From contig MU008160.1 of assembly GCA_010909165.1 (NCBI GenBank), positions 2,196,149 to 2,260,148 of the forward strand: 64,000 bases of DNA, read 5' to 3'. Below the pieces are notes generated by a model. That model did no database searches. It saw nothing but the letters and a program-made list of their open reading frames with translations, and was not told where the DNA came from. The position numbers and the translations under genes were made by a program. Positions 33,280 through 45,940 of this stretch are shown here, one piece after another. Within the stretch, counting starts at the first letter, position 1. The number at the start of each line of letters is the position of its first letter. Origin of the DNA: Anthoceros angustus. Lineage: Eukaryota; Plantae; Anthocerotophyta.

Positions 33280-34950
33280 GCGAGGTTGAAATGCCTAGAG
33301 GAAGCATATGCCGAAAACAACGGCATGCGCTGAAGGACTGTGAGTAGGAGGGCATCACTTGCCTATAGGGACTCTCGCGGCCGATTTGCAGGAGTCCCTA
33401 TCAACAAGAAACAGTCTCCAAAGGCCCATCATGCACAAACAACTCCGTCTTCTTGAAGGCCGAAAATCCAGCATACCCCTCAGCGTCCACGAGGAAACCA
33501 TCAGCAAACAACAAGCTTGATCATCTTGTCTTCATCAGATGACGAAAACGGAGAAGAGGAAGGAGGAGATTGGAGCCATGCCACTAGAGAAGACGGGAAA
33601 GGTGAGATACCTCCCTTCTTTCCTTCTTATTGTTGCTGCTGTGGAAAAGCCGTAGGACACATGCTCCATGCTCCTTGGTACTTGTGGCACCACCCTCTCC
33701 GGCTGCTAACCAACCAAGTGTGGACGATGAAGGTGAAAAAAAAACCCATGTTTGCAGATCTGCAAAAGTCACGCACACATGACCCACAGATACGGATCTG
33801 TAGGTCCTCTTTGCTGGTTGTGTGAGCACGCTCCTACAGCGCGTGGCGCGACGCGCCTATAAATCTGCTGTAAAGCTTGGAGGGAGATGGCGCCTGCAGA
33901 ACGCGGAGGCACCCACAAAACACCTGTGCGCCTTGGTGAAGGATGGCGCCCACAGGACGCGAGCCCGTCCTTAGGCCATATGTGTGTCTTGGAGGAGGAG
34001 AGCGCCTGCAGATTGCAGGCGCATCTTGCAGCTTGCTGCTTGTTAGCAGCCCATAAGCACGCCTTGGGGCTGTCACGTCTTGAATCTGCTGGAAACTGAC
34101 AGAGGCGCTCCTCTCTTGATGGAGTCGTCCTCCTTACATCCAACAGATGGCGCATGGACGCCTCTCTTCCACACACTGTTCTTGAGAAGAAGCTTGGATT
34201 GAAATATCTTGTGCTCGAGATGGTTGCAGCGGGCTGACGTGATTCCTTGTGAAGCTGATTATTACATCTGTAGATAAGATGACACATCCAAGTTGTATGT
34301 GGCTAAGATGTCTTGGATCTTTGGTGGCATGTGTGCAGAGATAAGGATAAGGGAAAAGTTTGACGACTGACAAAGACACAGGTATGTATTTTTCTTTTGT
34401 CATTCAGTGGGAATCCCTTAGAATATTTCCAGGAAACTGCTGATATAAGAAAATAGGCTAACGTAAATTTCTACTTGCATAAATTGCAGATGCGGCTTAC
34501 TCAAAATGTAACAGGAGAAATGATAATATCCCAACATGCAGAAACGTGGGCTACTATAAACCAGGCTTGTTGCCCCTAGGAGACTATGAGAAGAAAGTCT
34601 ATGTTGTTACCCTAGGGAAAGAAACTAGTCGAGGTGATGTGCCATAAGCCTATGTCTGTGAGGAAACAGGGATCCATATGATGAAGATAGCCTGTCTACC
34701 ATGTGAGGAATTTCCAGGGCACATGAAACACGTGTTTCGTAAGTGCCTTTGGTGTTAAGCTAATCCCGTTACAATATAACTTTATTATATTAAATATATA
34801 ATACTTTATTATGTTTAATATTAATATATGCCTAAAACTACAAGGGCATTTTTGCAGGATGTGTGTGGACAATTAATGATGAGGCTGAAAAGGATGACAA
34901 CTCCTATTTCGAAATAGAAGAGGAAATTTATGAAGAGGAAATAAACTTAA
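33280..34950 (+). pseudogene. Degenerate multi-exon gene or DNA-transposon fragment of unknown identity, possible SWIM-like zinc finger
   Basis: Candidate introns ~33602-33758, ~34382-34489 and ~34739-34857 with GT...YAG ends; coding-like stretches IILSSSDDENGEEE, LGLKYLVLEMV, YEKKVYVVTLGKE and NDEAEKDDNSYFEIEEE. Copy at ~56400-57970. Confidence 0.35.
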
Positions 34951-37900
34951 GTAATATTTCTGGGCTGTAATTATGAAATTAACTTAATTCCGCCCACTAG
35001 CTAAGTGTGAGATTAGGGTAGGGGTTTGGACACCAAGTCCATAATACCTAGACACTTCATGTGTTTCCTATGCAACTCACGACCTAATGATTTTGTTAAC
35101 AAATCAGCAGCATTATCTTTGGTTTGAATATAACTTATGTCTATTGTATTATCTTCTAACTTCTCTCTTATAAAATGATTCTCAACTCCTACATGTTTTG
35201 TTGAGTGAAAACAGGGTTTCTAGCTAGGCAATGGCACCCTGACTATCACTAAACAAAATTGTAGGCTTAAGTTGAAGATGTTGGAGTTAAGCCTAAAATT
35301 AATCGACTCCAAACTATATCCTTTGCCTAGGTTAATACCTACCCAGTTCGATTTAGATAGGGCAACGGTAGGTTGTTTCTTACTTGACCAGGATATGGGA
35401 GCTCCTCCTAAAAGTAATACATAACGTCTGGATTATGAGTCGGGATCACCATAGTCGCATCTGCATAAGTTAATAATATTAACTTCTCGATGCCGGGTGT
35501 ATGCTTAAACATTAGTCCTGTTTGCATAGTCCCCTTCAAATATCTGAAGATGCGCTTAACTGATGTCCAATGCTCACGTCCGGATTCTCCAAAAATTGGG
35601 AGCGGAGCTTACTTCAAAAGCAATATCGGTCTAGTAAAATTACTCAAATATGAGAGTGCCAACGGCATGTCGATATGGCTACATCTCTAACTTCTCTTGT
35701 CTTGGGACTCATATCGAAGTAAGCCTAACTCCACCGGCAAAAGGTGTAGAAGCAGCATCCTCAAGACCAAACTTAACTAAGCATTCTTTAATGTACTTAG
35801 TTTGTACAATGCTTAAAGTCTTATCATCACGATTTCTAATGATATTAACTCCTAGTGCATATGTCATCTCTCCTAAGTCAGACATCTCAAACAAAGTCCT
35901 CAACCAGCCTTTGTTTCTGCTAGGAGTGTAGGAGAAGATGTGGCCATAAAGACATCGTCAACATATAATAGGAGATAAAATATATCTTTACCAGATATAA
36001 GAATATATAAACAAGTAATATTTCGGGCTGTAATTATGAAATTAACTTAATTCCGCCCACTAGCTGCTAGGTGTGAGATTAGGGTAGGGGTTTGGACACC
36101 AAGTCCATAATACCTAGACACTTCATGTGTTTCCTATGCAACTCACGACCTAATGATTTTGTTAACAAATCAGCAGCATTATCTTTGGTTTGAATATAAC
36201 TTATGTCTATTGTATTATCTTCTAACTTCTCTCTTATAAAATGATTCTCAACTCCTACATGTTATGTCACGAGTGAAAACAGGGTTTCTAGCTAGGCAAT
36301 GGCACCGACTATCACTAAACAAAATTGTAGGCTTGTTGAAGATGTTGGAGTTCCTAAAATTAATCGACTCCAAACTATATCCTTTTCTCTGAGGTTAATA
36401 CCCTATACTCAGTTGGTACTAGATAGGGCAACGGTAGGTTGTTTCTTACTTGACCAGGATATGGGAGCTCCTCCTAAAAGTAATACATAACCCGATAATG
36501 GATTTGATTACCAAAGATAGTCGCAAATGTCAAGATAAGTCGTTAATATTAACTTCTCGATGCCGGGTGTATGCTTAAACATTAGTCCTGTTTGCATAGT
36601 CCCCTTCAAATATCTGAAGATGCGCTTAACTGATGTCCAATTCTCACGTCCGGGATTCTCCAAAAATTGGGAGCAGGAGCTTACTTCAAAAGCAATATCT
36701 GGTCTAGTAAAATTACTCAAATATATGAGAGTGCCAACGGCATGTCGATATGGAACTGCTGACATCTCTAACTTCTCTTCGGCTGTCTTGGGACTCATAT
36801 CAGAAGTAAGCCTAACTCCACTGGCAAAAGGTGTAGAAGCCGGCTTAGCATCCTCAAGACCAAACTTAACTAAGCATTCTTTAATGTACTTAGTTTGTAC
36901 AATGCTTAAAGTCTTATCATCACGATTTCTAATGATATTAACTCCTAGTGCATATGTCATCTCTCCTAAGTCGACATCTCAAACAAAGTCCTCAACCAGC
37001 CTTTGTTTCGCTAGGAGTGTAGGAGAAGATGCCATAAAGACATCGATCAACATATAATAGGAGATAAAATATATCTTTACCAAATATAAGAATATATAAA
37101 CAAGCGTCGGCTTGACTGTGTTTAAATCCTCTGCCGACAAGTTGCACATGAATAGTTAAGTTCCAATTCTTGCCTGAATGCTTGAGGGCATAAAGGCCTT
37201 TAATAAGTCGGCATACCCAATCCTCTTTGTCTTTAACTTCGTAACCCTCAGGTTGTCTCATGTATATTTCTTCTTTCAAGCGCCCATATAAATATGCTGT
37301 CTTTACATCCATCATACGGAGTTCAAGATCAAATTGGGTAGTTAAAGCAAATATCATTCGAAGTGTGGCAAACTTGGCTACTGGGGCATAAGTAGCCCAA
37401 GGTATGTAATCCAAACCAGGAACTTGAGTAAAACCTCTAGCAACTAAACGTGCCTTATATCTCTCGATGGAACCATCTCCTTTTCTCTTAATTTTAAATA
37501 CCCACTTGCTGGTAACTATCTTCCGGCCCTTAGGTGGTTTGACTAATTCCCATGTAGAGTTATTAATTAAGGAATTGTACTCGGAATCTACAGCTACCTT
37601 CCATAAGTCTTTTTCAGGAGAGGAGAAAGCTTGTTTTAAGGTAAGTGGTTCTTCTGGGTCAAGAGTAGCTTTATAGACAGCTTGTGAGTAAAGAGACAAA
37701 GGAGGCATAGGATCATCAAAAACAGCCAAGTATCCTAAAGGAGGTTCCATCCAACCGCAGACTGTGAATAGCGTGACGGACTCGAGGTTGTACCGGGTGC
37801 AAAGCATTCCATAGGAGCTGGATCATCTATATGATCATCAGACTCTTCATCATCACCCTCAAGAAGGTCATCAGACTCATCAACATGTGTGTCAACAGGC

Positions 37901-38792
37901 TCCTCTACTGGGTAAGAGGGAGATGTGTCTGATGGGAAGAGATGCTAACTCCTCCTCCTCCTGCACAACAGGTTCAACTACAGGAACGCGAGGAGCAGGA
38001 AGGGGTATGAAATCAGTATCATCAAAAGAGGAGGTATCATGTGCCTCGTCAAGAGAGGAAACATCAAAATCAGCAGAGTCAGCTCCCACTGGTGGGGAAA
38101 AGAGGTAAGACTCATGGAAAGTAACACTACGAGCATAAATAAGTTGCCGAGTGGAAGGGTTAAATAATTTATAACCTTTGATGCTTTCGGTGTAGCCAAT
38201 GAAGATGTACTTGGCTGCTTTAGGATCTAACTTCTTACGCAATGGTTTAGGAATAAAAACATAGGCAGGAGATCCAAAAATTCGAAGGTGATCAATAGAG
38301 GGCTTCTTGCCAATAAAGGCTTCATAAGGAGTCATACCTTGAACTGCTGATGTAGGTAATCGATTAATGAGATACGTTGCTGTAAGGAGGGCCTCAGCCC
38401 AATAAGCTTTGGATAAAGTAGCTTGTGTCAACAGACAGCCAGTAATCTCTTGAAGGCGTAAATTCTTGTTTTCAGCTACGCCATTTTGTTGAGGAGTGTA
38501 AACAACAGTGAGTTGTTGAGCTATACCTTCAGCTCGACAAAACGCCTCAAATTGTTGTGATGTGAACTCGCCACCATTGTCAGAACGTAAGGTCTTGAGT
38601 TTCTTATCTGTTAAGCGCTCAGCCCAAGCCATGTAATCCTTAAAGAGATGATAAGCTTCACTCTTGTGTTTCAAGATGTAGGAAAGGACAAAGCGGGAAT
38701 AGTCATCTATGAAGGTCAAGAAATATCTACTTCCACTAAAAGAGGGGGTAGACATGGGACCACAAATGTCTGTGTGCACTATCTCTAAAGGT
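34951..38792 (-). mobile_element. Copia family D: integrase, RT, RNase H; 3' part duplicated (34951-36014 / 36015-37104)
   Basis: VHTDICGP, LRSDNGGEF, YTPQQNGVAE, KKLDPKAAKYIFIGY, YKARLVARGFTQ, MDVKTAYLYG, YVD, RPDIAFEVS. Confidence 0.95.
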
Positions 38793-40604
38793 GTCTTAAA
38801 ACACAAATGAAGAGCTACTTTGAGCAAACAAACACAAAGACAATGGTCAAAGAGCTGAATGTGCTATTGCTAGTTGGTCTCACCCCTTTTTAAACTTTAA
38901 AAAGTGTCACTCACGTTTCCTACTCAATATGGGGTATATGTTTCCCATTTACCCGCTTCTATATACTTATAGTAAGCTCAATCACCTACATCTTGTATGC
39001 ATAGTCATATCCATCTTAACAAACTCAGAAGCTGCATCCTCAACACTCCCACTCGGCACCCGAGTTTGCCTTAATCCAACTACCTCTCTACACTTCTCAA
39101 ACTTGAACTTGCTCAAAGCCTTGGTCAAGAAATCTGCAGCCATATCCTCCGCTTTGCAATACTCAAATGTAACCTCCAACGATTTCATACTTTCACGAAC
39201 AAAGTGATGTTGGATATCAATATGCTTTGTCCTTGAGTTGTGCATGGGTTCTTGATCAATGCCATGCTTCCTGGTTGTCACTTTGAAGAACAGTTGGCTG
39301 CACTTGTTGATACCCAATTTCTTCCATGAACCTTCTCAACCAAATGGCTTCCTTTGTAGCTTGTGTGGATGCCATGTACTCAGCCTCCACTATAGATATT
39401 GCAACAGTTGGTTGCTTTTTGCTATTCCAACTAATGGCACCTCCTCCAAGGATAAAAACATATATGGTTGTGGACCTCCTATCATCAAGATCGCTCCCCC
39501 AATCTGAGTCACAATATCCAAGCTGTGTCCATTTGAACATACTTGGACATGCATTTGAACATGAAAACTCAAGGTACATGTCATGTGTGCCTTTCAAGTA
39601 CCTCATTATCCTCTTCACTGCAATCCAATGTGGCTTTCCGGATTTTGCATATATTGGCTCACAACTCCTAGAGCTTTCCCAAGATCTGGACGAGTTGCAA
39701 CCATGGCAAACATCAAACTGCCCAACGCTTGTCGCAAAAAATGTTCTTCATCTCCTCCTCCTCGTGATTGCTTGTAAGACATTGGTCTTTGCTAAGCCTC
39801 ATATCTAAAGAGAGGCGTTGCAATTGGCCTGCAATCAGTCATTCCAAAACGATCCAAGTGTTCTTTAATGTACTTGTTGTCCAAGCTTGATTATTCTCCT
39901 CACCCTGCTCTAACCACTTGAATGCCAAGGCAATAGTTGAGCTCCCCAAGTCCTTCATTTCAAATTGTCTTGACAACATCTCCTTGACCTCATTGATGGC
40001 ATATATAGATGCGCTCAACAAAATGAGGTCATCCACGATATGGAGAACTTTGGATATGTAGATTTTCTCATCAGATGTGCATTGTTGAAATCCTTGCTCC
40101 TTTAAGAAGGCATTGATCTTCTCATACCAAGCTCTAGACCCTTGCTTCAATTTATAGAGAGCTTTCTTCAATTTGCACACCAAACTCTCATTGTCTTTTT
40201 CGATATACCCTTCAGGTTGCTCCATATAAATGTCCTCCTCCAAGTCTCCATTGAGAAATGCAGTTTTACATCCATTTGATGAATCTCCAAATCATCAATT
40301 GCTCCCACGCAAGTAAAGTCCTTATTGACACAAATTTGGCCACTGGAGCAAAGGTCTCATTGTAATCGATGCCTTGTTCTTGGCTATATCCCTTTACCAC
40401 CAATCTTGCCTTATATCTCTCAATCTGACCATTAGAATCTCTCTTGATTCTAAACACCCATTTGCTCCCAATAGCATTCCTTCCTGCAAGCAAGGAGGTT
40501 AATACCCATGTGTCATTCTTCCTCAACGACTTCATCTCATCATCCATAGCTTCTTTCCATTGCTTTGCATCCTTCCCTTGTAGTGCTTCAGCTATAATTC
40601 TTGG
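38793..40604 (-). mobile_element. Copia A 3' half (RT, RNase H, PPT, truncated LTR 38793-39045); block-2 copy of 8920-10680
   Basis: Same peptides and same left junction with the adjacent LTR as block 1. Confidence 0.93.
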
Positions 40605-40938
40605 TGTTGAGGATGCAGCTTACTGAGTTTATTAAGATGGATATGAATATGTAAAAATGTAGGTGATTGAGCTCACTATCACAGTACGTGTAAGTAAATG
40701 GGAAACATATACCCCATATTGAGTAGGAAACGTGAGTAACACTTTTAAAGTTTAAAAGGCGAGACCAGCTAGCTATAGCAGGTTCAGCTCTTTGACTATT
40801 GTCTTTGTGTTGTTTGCTCAAAGTTGCTCTTCATTTGTGTTTTAAGGCATCGCTTAGGTGGTCTTAGGTTTTGCAATTGAACACTTGCTTTCTTGACACT
40901 TGACCCTCTTGAAGCATGGCTAGCTTCCAATCTCAACA
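40605..40938 (+). mobile_element. Complete copia A LTR (block-2 copy of 10681-11017)
   Basis: TGTTGAG...CTCAACA with the same flanks CTTGG / GCCAG. Confidence 0.9.
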
Positions 40939-41700
40939 GCCAGTTGCCATGTTCAGTTCGAGATGAGGCTGTTATATTCGAATCGATGGCTTTCGCAATG
41001 AGGACCGTGGACTTGATAAAGCCTTGTATGACATGGGTGTTAGGTGGGTCAGCTTATTGTGAAACAGCACTTGATAAAGCTTCCTTGTATGACATGGGTG
41101 TGTCGTGGGTCATTATTGTGGAAACAGCAGAGTTGATGAAGGTTGTGAAGCTAACTCGTGGCTGTTGCTCAGATGTGCAATCAGAGGATGGTATTGTGGG
41201 CCGCCAGACCTTGAGGTAAGTATATCTCCAGGTATGTAAGGAAGCTCCTTCCATTCCGATCGGGGACGATGTGGCCTAGTTGAATGTCGAGGAAGGTGTG
41301 GTATCCATAGGTATTAGTGTCTTAGGGTCCCGCATCACGCATCGAAAGTCGAGTGGGTCGATAAAAGGGAGCTAAGGAATGTCTAAAGGTTGAGAGTCCT
41401 GTTGTGCATAGAGTCTAGGGAGACAAATTGATTCAGTTCGGAAAAGTATACACGCTATTAGGACTGATCTGGAGGAAAACGCCATAGATGGTAGGTTGAG
41501 GTAAGGGGCATGGTTGTTAAAAGACTCAAGGTGAGTACGGAGGATGAAACTCTTATTAAAGCCAACAAATTGTACAAAGTAAGTTGTTGTGTAGTTGGGT
41601 TGAAGAGCTTTGTAAGAGGAAAATCTGGGCTGCCGAGATTCACCCTCTAGTGGCCACACTTATCCCACATCATATGTTGGGTTTCGTCCCATGAGCCTTG
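40939..41700 (-). mobile_element. Copia E fragment (block-2 copy)
   Basis: THDTPMSYKEALSS; homologous to 11018-11787. Confidence 0.7.
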
Positions 41701-44700
41701 TGTGAACGGTCGAATCCTAGGAGATCAATCATCGCCTACATCTACACATTACCTCAGCCTCCTCAACAAGCAAGGCGCCCGCTACTCTCCCTTACACTGC
41801 ACCACCTACACCGCCCGTAAATTCACCAATTCTCGACCTACAACGACACAACACAATTGCAGGTCATGCCTTAGCAGCAAGGAGTTTGCCACGGGTGCCC
41901 AGGGACCCCCTGACCCACACCGCGATTTTGTCCCTACTCCTAAGACCAACTTCTCCACATAGGGAGCGCCCTCTTACTGCAGATTTGGGATTCGTCCGTA
42001 GGCTCGCCTTTGGCCTTCCACTTTTCCTACACTCTAATCCTCTTCTCAACCTTCTCAATCAACAACGCTCTCTTCTTCTCTACTCATCTAACCTTCTTCC
42101 TTCCACGATCTCCTACTCTAACACCGTTTGTTGGCTCATTAATTCCAACTCGCCCTTACGGCACAACTGCCTGGGGTCCGTCTGAAAATTAACGAGTTCT
42201 TCCTTGGGCTGGTTGCTATGGTTTGTACCGTATAATGAGAACCTCCATGGAGTCTTTCCCCAATCTACCTCAAGCCAAAAGTTCCTTGAGCATCGCCACA
42301 CACTCAAAGCAAAACAATTCACACAAAGAACCCTTCACAAGGGAAGCAGGTGGGCGCGCAGAGAGCAAGCCCTTCCCAAAGACTGACCACCGCCTCCTCT
42401 CTACCAGACATCGGTTGGCTTGCACCGCACGAAATTCGTGCACAAAGCGAAGGACTCGGGAGGATGGGAGCGCAAGACACGATAATTTTACTTCACAACC
42501 TCCCTCCTTTTATAGGGAGGACCTCACATGTAGAGGATCAACCCGCCATCATGGATGCAAGAGCAAGGAGCTCACTTGCTCCACAAGTGAGAGGAAGAGG
42601 AGCAGTTGAAGATGAGCCGTGGCTAAGAGAGCCAGGCTATTTTATTGGAGGAGGAAGCTCGTGGCGAGGATAAGGAGGGGATTCATAAAGAGTCCCTAAA
42701 TTAGCTTGAAGACATGAGACAAGATGCCCCTTGGGGGGCGACTTTCTTTAGAGGGGAAACAAGCATAAATGCTTGTCAACCTAGGGGTGTGTTGACTAGC
42801 TAGATAGGAATGTTGACAGGAGCCATTAAGGCTCACGTAGGTGAAGTTTGCTAGAATAGAATTTTACCAAAGATGCTTCAATGTCAGAACTTAAAGTCTG
42901 ACAGTATGATACACTAAAATAAGAAGTGAGGCGGCCTCAGGAAGGCGTGCTAGGGGAGGTGTGATTTTGCTCCACTCCCGCAAGATCAACCACCTCTTCT
43001 CCTTTCCTGCAAGGGCCGAGATACCGCCTCCCCGCCGGCCAAATCCATGCTAGCAGCCTTGCATTCGCTGCTTCCTCCTACCACGGTAGGAACTCCTCCT
43101 ACCACGGTAGGAACTCCTCCTACCACGGTAGGAGTTCCTACCGGGCTGTTTCTTCTTCACCTCCCGAGGTGGTTCTTTCCTCCTATGAAGCTTCTCCTTC
43201 ACTCGCCTCCCTCCCGGTGCGAAATTCCTTCACCCATGTTGCTTGGGACATTCTCCAAGTCTAAGGCTTTGGTTGGACTTGCATAAGGGCCTTCCTATCA
43301 TCATCATGAGGTCCCAACATCCTTCTCTCGCAAGCCGCAAGAATCGTTAGTTCCCTTGAGTATCTTGTTGTGAAGATGAGCTAGTCGTTGTTGTGCCATC
43401 TCCAATTCTTCATAATCCTCAAGCCACACTCCATGCTCACACTTACTCTTGTAAGCATTTCGCTCCAAGGTCAACTTTCCCACCACGGTAGGAGTTCCTA
43501 CCGGGCTGTTTCTTCTTCAATACCCCTCCCGAGGTGGTTCTTTCCTCCTATGAAGCTTCTCCGCTCACTCGCCTCCCTCCCGTGCAAATTCCTTCACCCA
43601 TGTTGCTTGGGACATTCTCCAAGTCTAAGGCTTTGGTTGACTTGCATAAGGGCCTTCCTATCATCATCATGAGGTCCCAACATCCTTCTCGCCAAGCCGC
43701 AAGAATTCTAGTTCCCTTGAGTATCTTGTTGTGAAGATGAGCTGCTAGTCGTTGTTGTGCCATCTCCAATTCTTCATAATCCTCAAGCCACACTCCATGC
43801 TCACACTTACTCTTGTAAGCATTTCGCCCAAGGTCAACTTTCCCACCCGACGTGAAGAGCTACATTCTCCATCTTGTCCATCCGCCGCTGGTGGATTAAC
43901 TTCTTGTAGAGTATAATCAGCCCAAAATCTCTGCTCCCTCACCACCAACATAGGTCGCATAACGCCTCATGATGGTCCTTCTCCGCTGCCATCTCCTTCT
44001 CCAACTCCGCTATCCTCCTAGGGAGTTGTGCATTCTCTTGGACTTCTCGCTCCATCTCCATTCTGGACAAAATGCATCCGTTCTTGGCTCTTCCTCCTTT
44101 AGTTCCAACCTCCACGGATTTCCCAACTCCTTTTCCATGTCACGGATTTTCACTGCTTGTGTGGCCATGACTTGCTCATGGGCGTCCATTTGCCTTTGTG
44201 CTGCCTTCATTTGCAAGGACTTGTTTTATTTCGCTTCTCCTCCATCAGCAGCATTTGTTTGTCTTACGCCTCTTCTCCCATGTGTTCACCATGTGGGCAA
44301 GTGTTGTTTCACCTTCTCCTCTCGGGCTGCCAATTTCTTGGTAAGAGCCTTGTTCTCCCGATATAATTGTTCACCTCTCGTTGCCTTGATTCAAGACTCT
44401 TTCCAAGTGCTTCACCCGAGCTTCCATCCTCATGGTATCCTCCTGCATGGGTCTCCGCCTACCCGTAATTTCCTTGCTTGATAGGTTCTTGTCTTCTCCG
44501 CCATCTCCTTCTCCAACTCCGCTATCCTCCTAGGAGTTGTGCATTCTCTTTTGGACTTCTCGCTCCATCTCCATTCTACGGACAAAATGCATCCGTTCTT
44601 CCAGCTCTTCCTCCTTTAGTTCCAACCTCCACGGATTTCCCAACTCCTTTTCCATGTCACGGATTTTCACGCAGGTGGCCATGACTTGCTCATGGGCGTC

Positions 44701-45940
44701 CATTTGCCTTTGTGCTGCCTTCATTTGCTACAAGGACTTGTTTTATTTCGCTTCTCTCCTCCATCAGCAGCATTTGTTTGTCTTCCGCCTCTTCTCCCAT
44801 GTGTTCACCATGTGGGCAAGTTGTTTCACCTTCTCCTCCTGCCAATTTCTTGGTAAGAGCCTTGTTCTCCGATATAATTGTTCACCTCTCGTGCCTTGAT
44901 TCAAGACTCTTTCCAAGTGCTTCACCCGAGCTTCCATCCTCATGGTATCCTCCTGCATGGGTCTCCGCCTACCCGTAATTTCCTTGCTTGATAGGTTCTT
45001 GTCTTCTCCGCCATCTCCTTCTCCAACTCCGCTATCCTCCTAGGAGTTGTGCATTCTCTTTTGGACTTCTCGCTCCATCTCCATTCTACGGACAAAATGC
45101 ATCCGTTCTTCCAGCTCTTCCTCCTTTAGTTCCAACCTCCACGGATTTCCCAACTCCTTTTCCATGTCACGGATTTTCACGCAGGTGGCCATGACTTGCT
45201 CATGGGCGTCCATTTGCCTTTGTGCTGCCTTCATTTGCTACAAGGACTTGTTTTATTTCGCTTCTCTCCTCCATCAGCAGCATTTGTTTGTCTTCCGCCT
45301 CTTCTCCCATGTGTTCACCATGTGGGCAAGTTGTTTCACCTTCTCCTCCTGCCAATTTCTTGGTAAGAGCCTTGTTCTCCGATATAATTGTTCACCTCTC
45401 GTGCCTTGATTCAAGACTCTTTCCAAGTGCTTCACCCGAGCTTCCATCCTCATGGTATCCTCCTGCATGGGTCTCCGCCGCCTACCCGTAATTTCCTTGC
45501 TTGATAGGTTCTTGTCTTCTCCGCCTCGTCTTCAAGAATTCACCCTCCTCTTGGCCGCTCCTATGTCTACCTTGCTGAATATTTTCCCTATGCGTAGCAT
45601 CTCCTCCAACATATCCAAGTCACCTCCCTTGCTCCTAGGAGACTCAAGGCCTTTGCCTTGCTCATGGGATCTTACATCCCTTACTTCCCTATGACGAGCT
45701 CCCGCTCATCACTTGGTGGGGCGACCCTCCCACCGTAACTCCATCCGCCGCCCACCTACCGGGCCGGTTGCCTTTTATCTCCCGCTGGGAGCTTCCAAAC
45801 CATGACTTCCCTTTTCTTACCGTGGTAGGAGTCTCTCCTACCAAGGTGGTCTGCCTCCTACCATGGTAGGACTAGCTCCTACCACCGTAGGTCTTGTCAT
45901 GAGAGGTGATATGGGTCCCATACCACGTGGGAACACCCCT
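41701..45940 (-). mobile_element. G1 element 3' part: LTR 41701-42528, inverted 3' UTR 42529-42959, duplicated coiled-coil ORF fragments
   Basis: Homologous to 11788-20340 but with different internal duplication junctions (~43485, ~44500, ~45010). Confidence 0.8.
44401..45478. repeat. 510-bp period tandem repeat, copies apparently identical
   Basis: ORF-track peptides at 44478/44988, 44530/45040 and 44537/45047 are identical and offset by 510. Confidence 0.9.
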
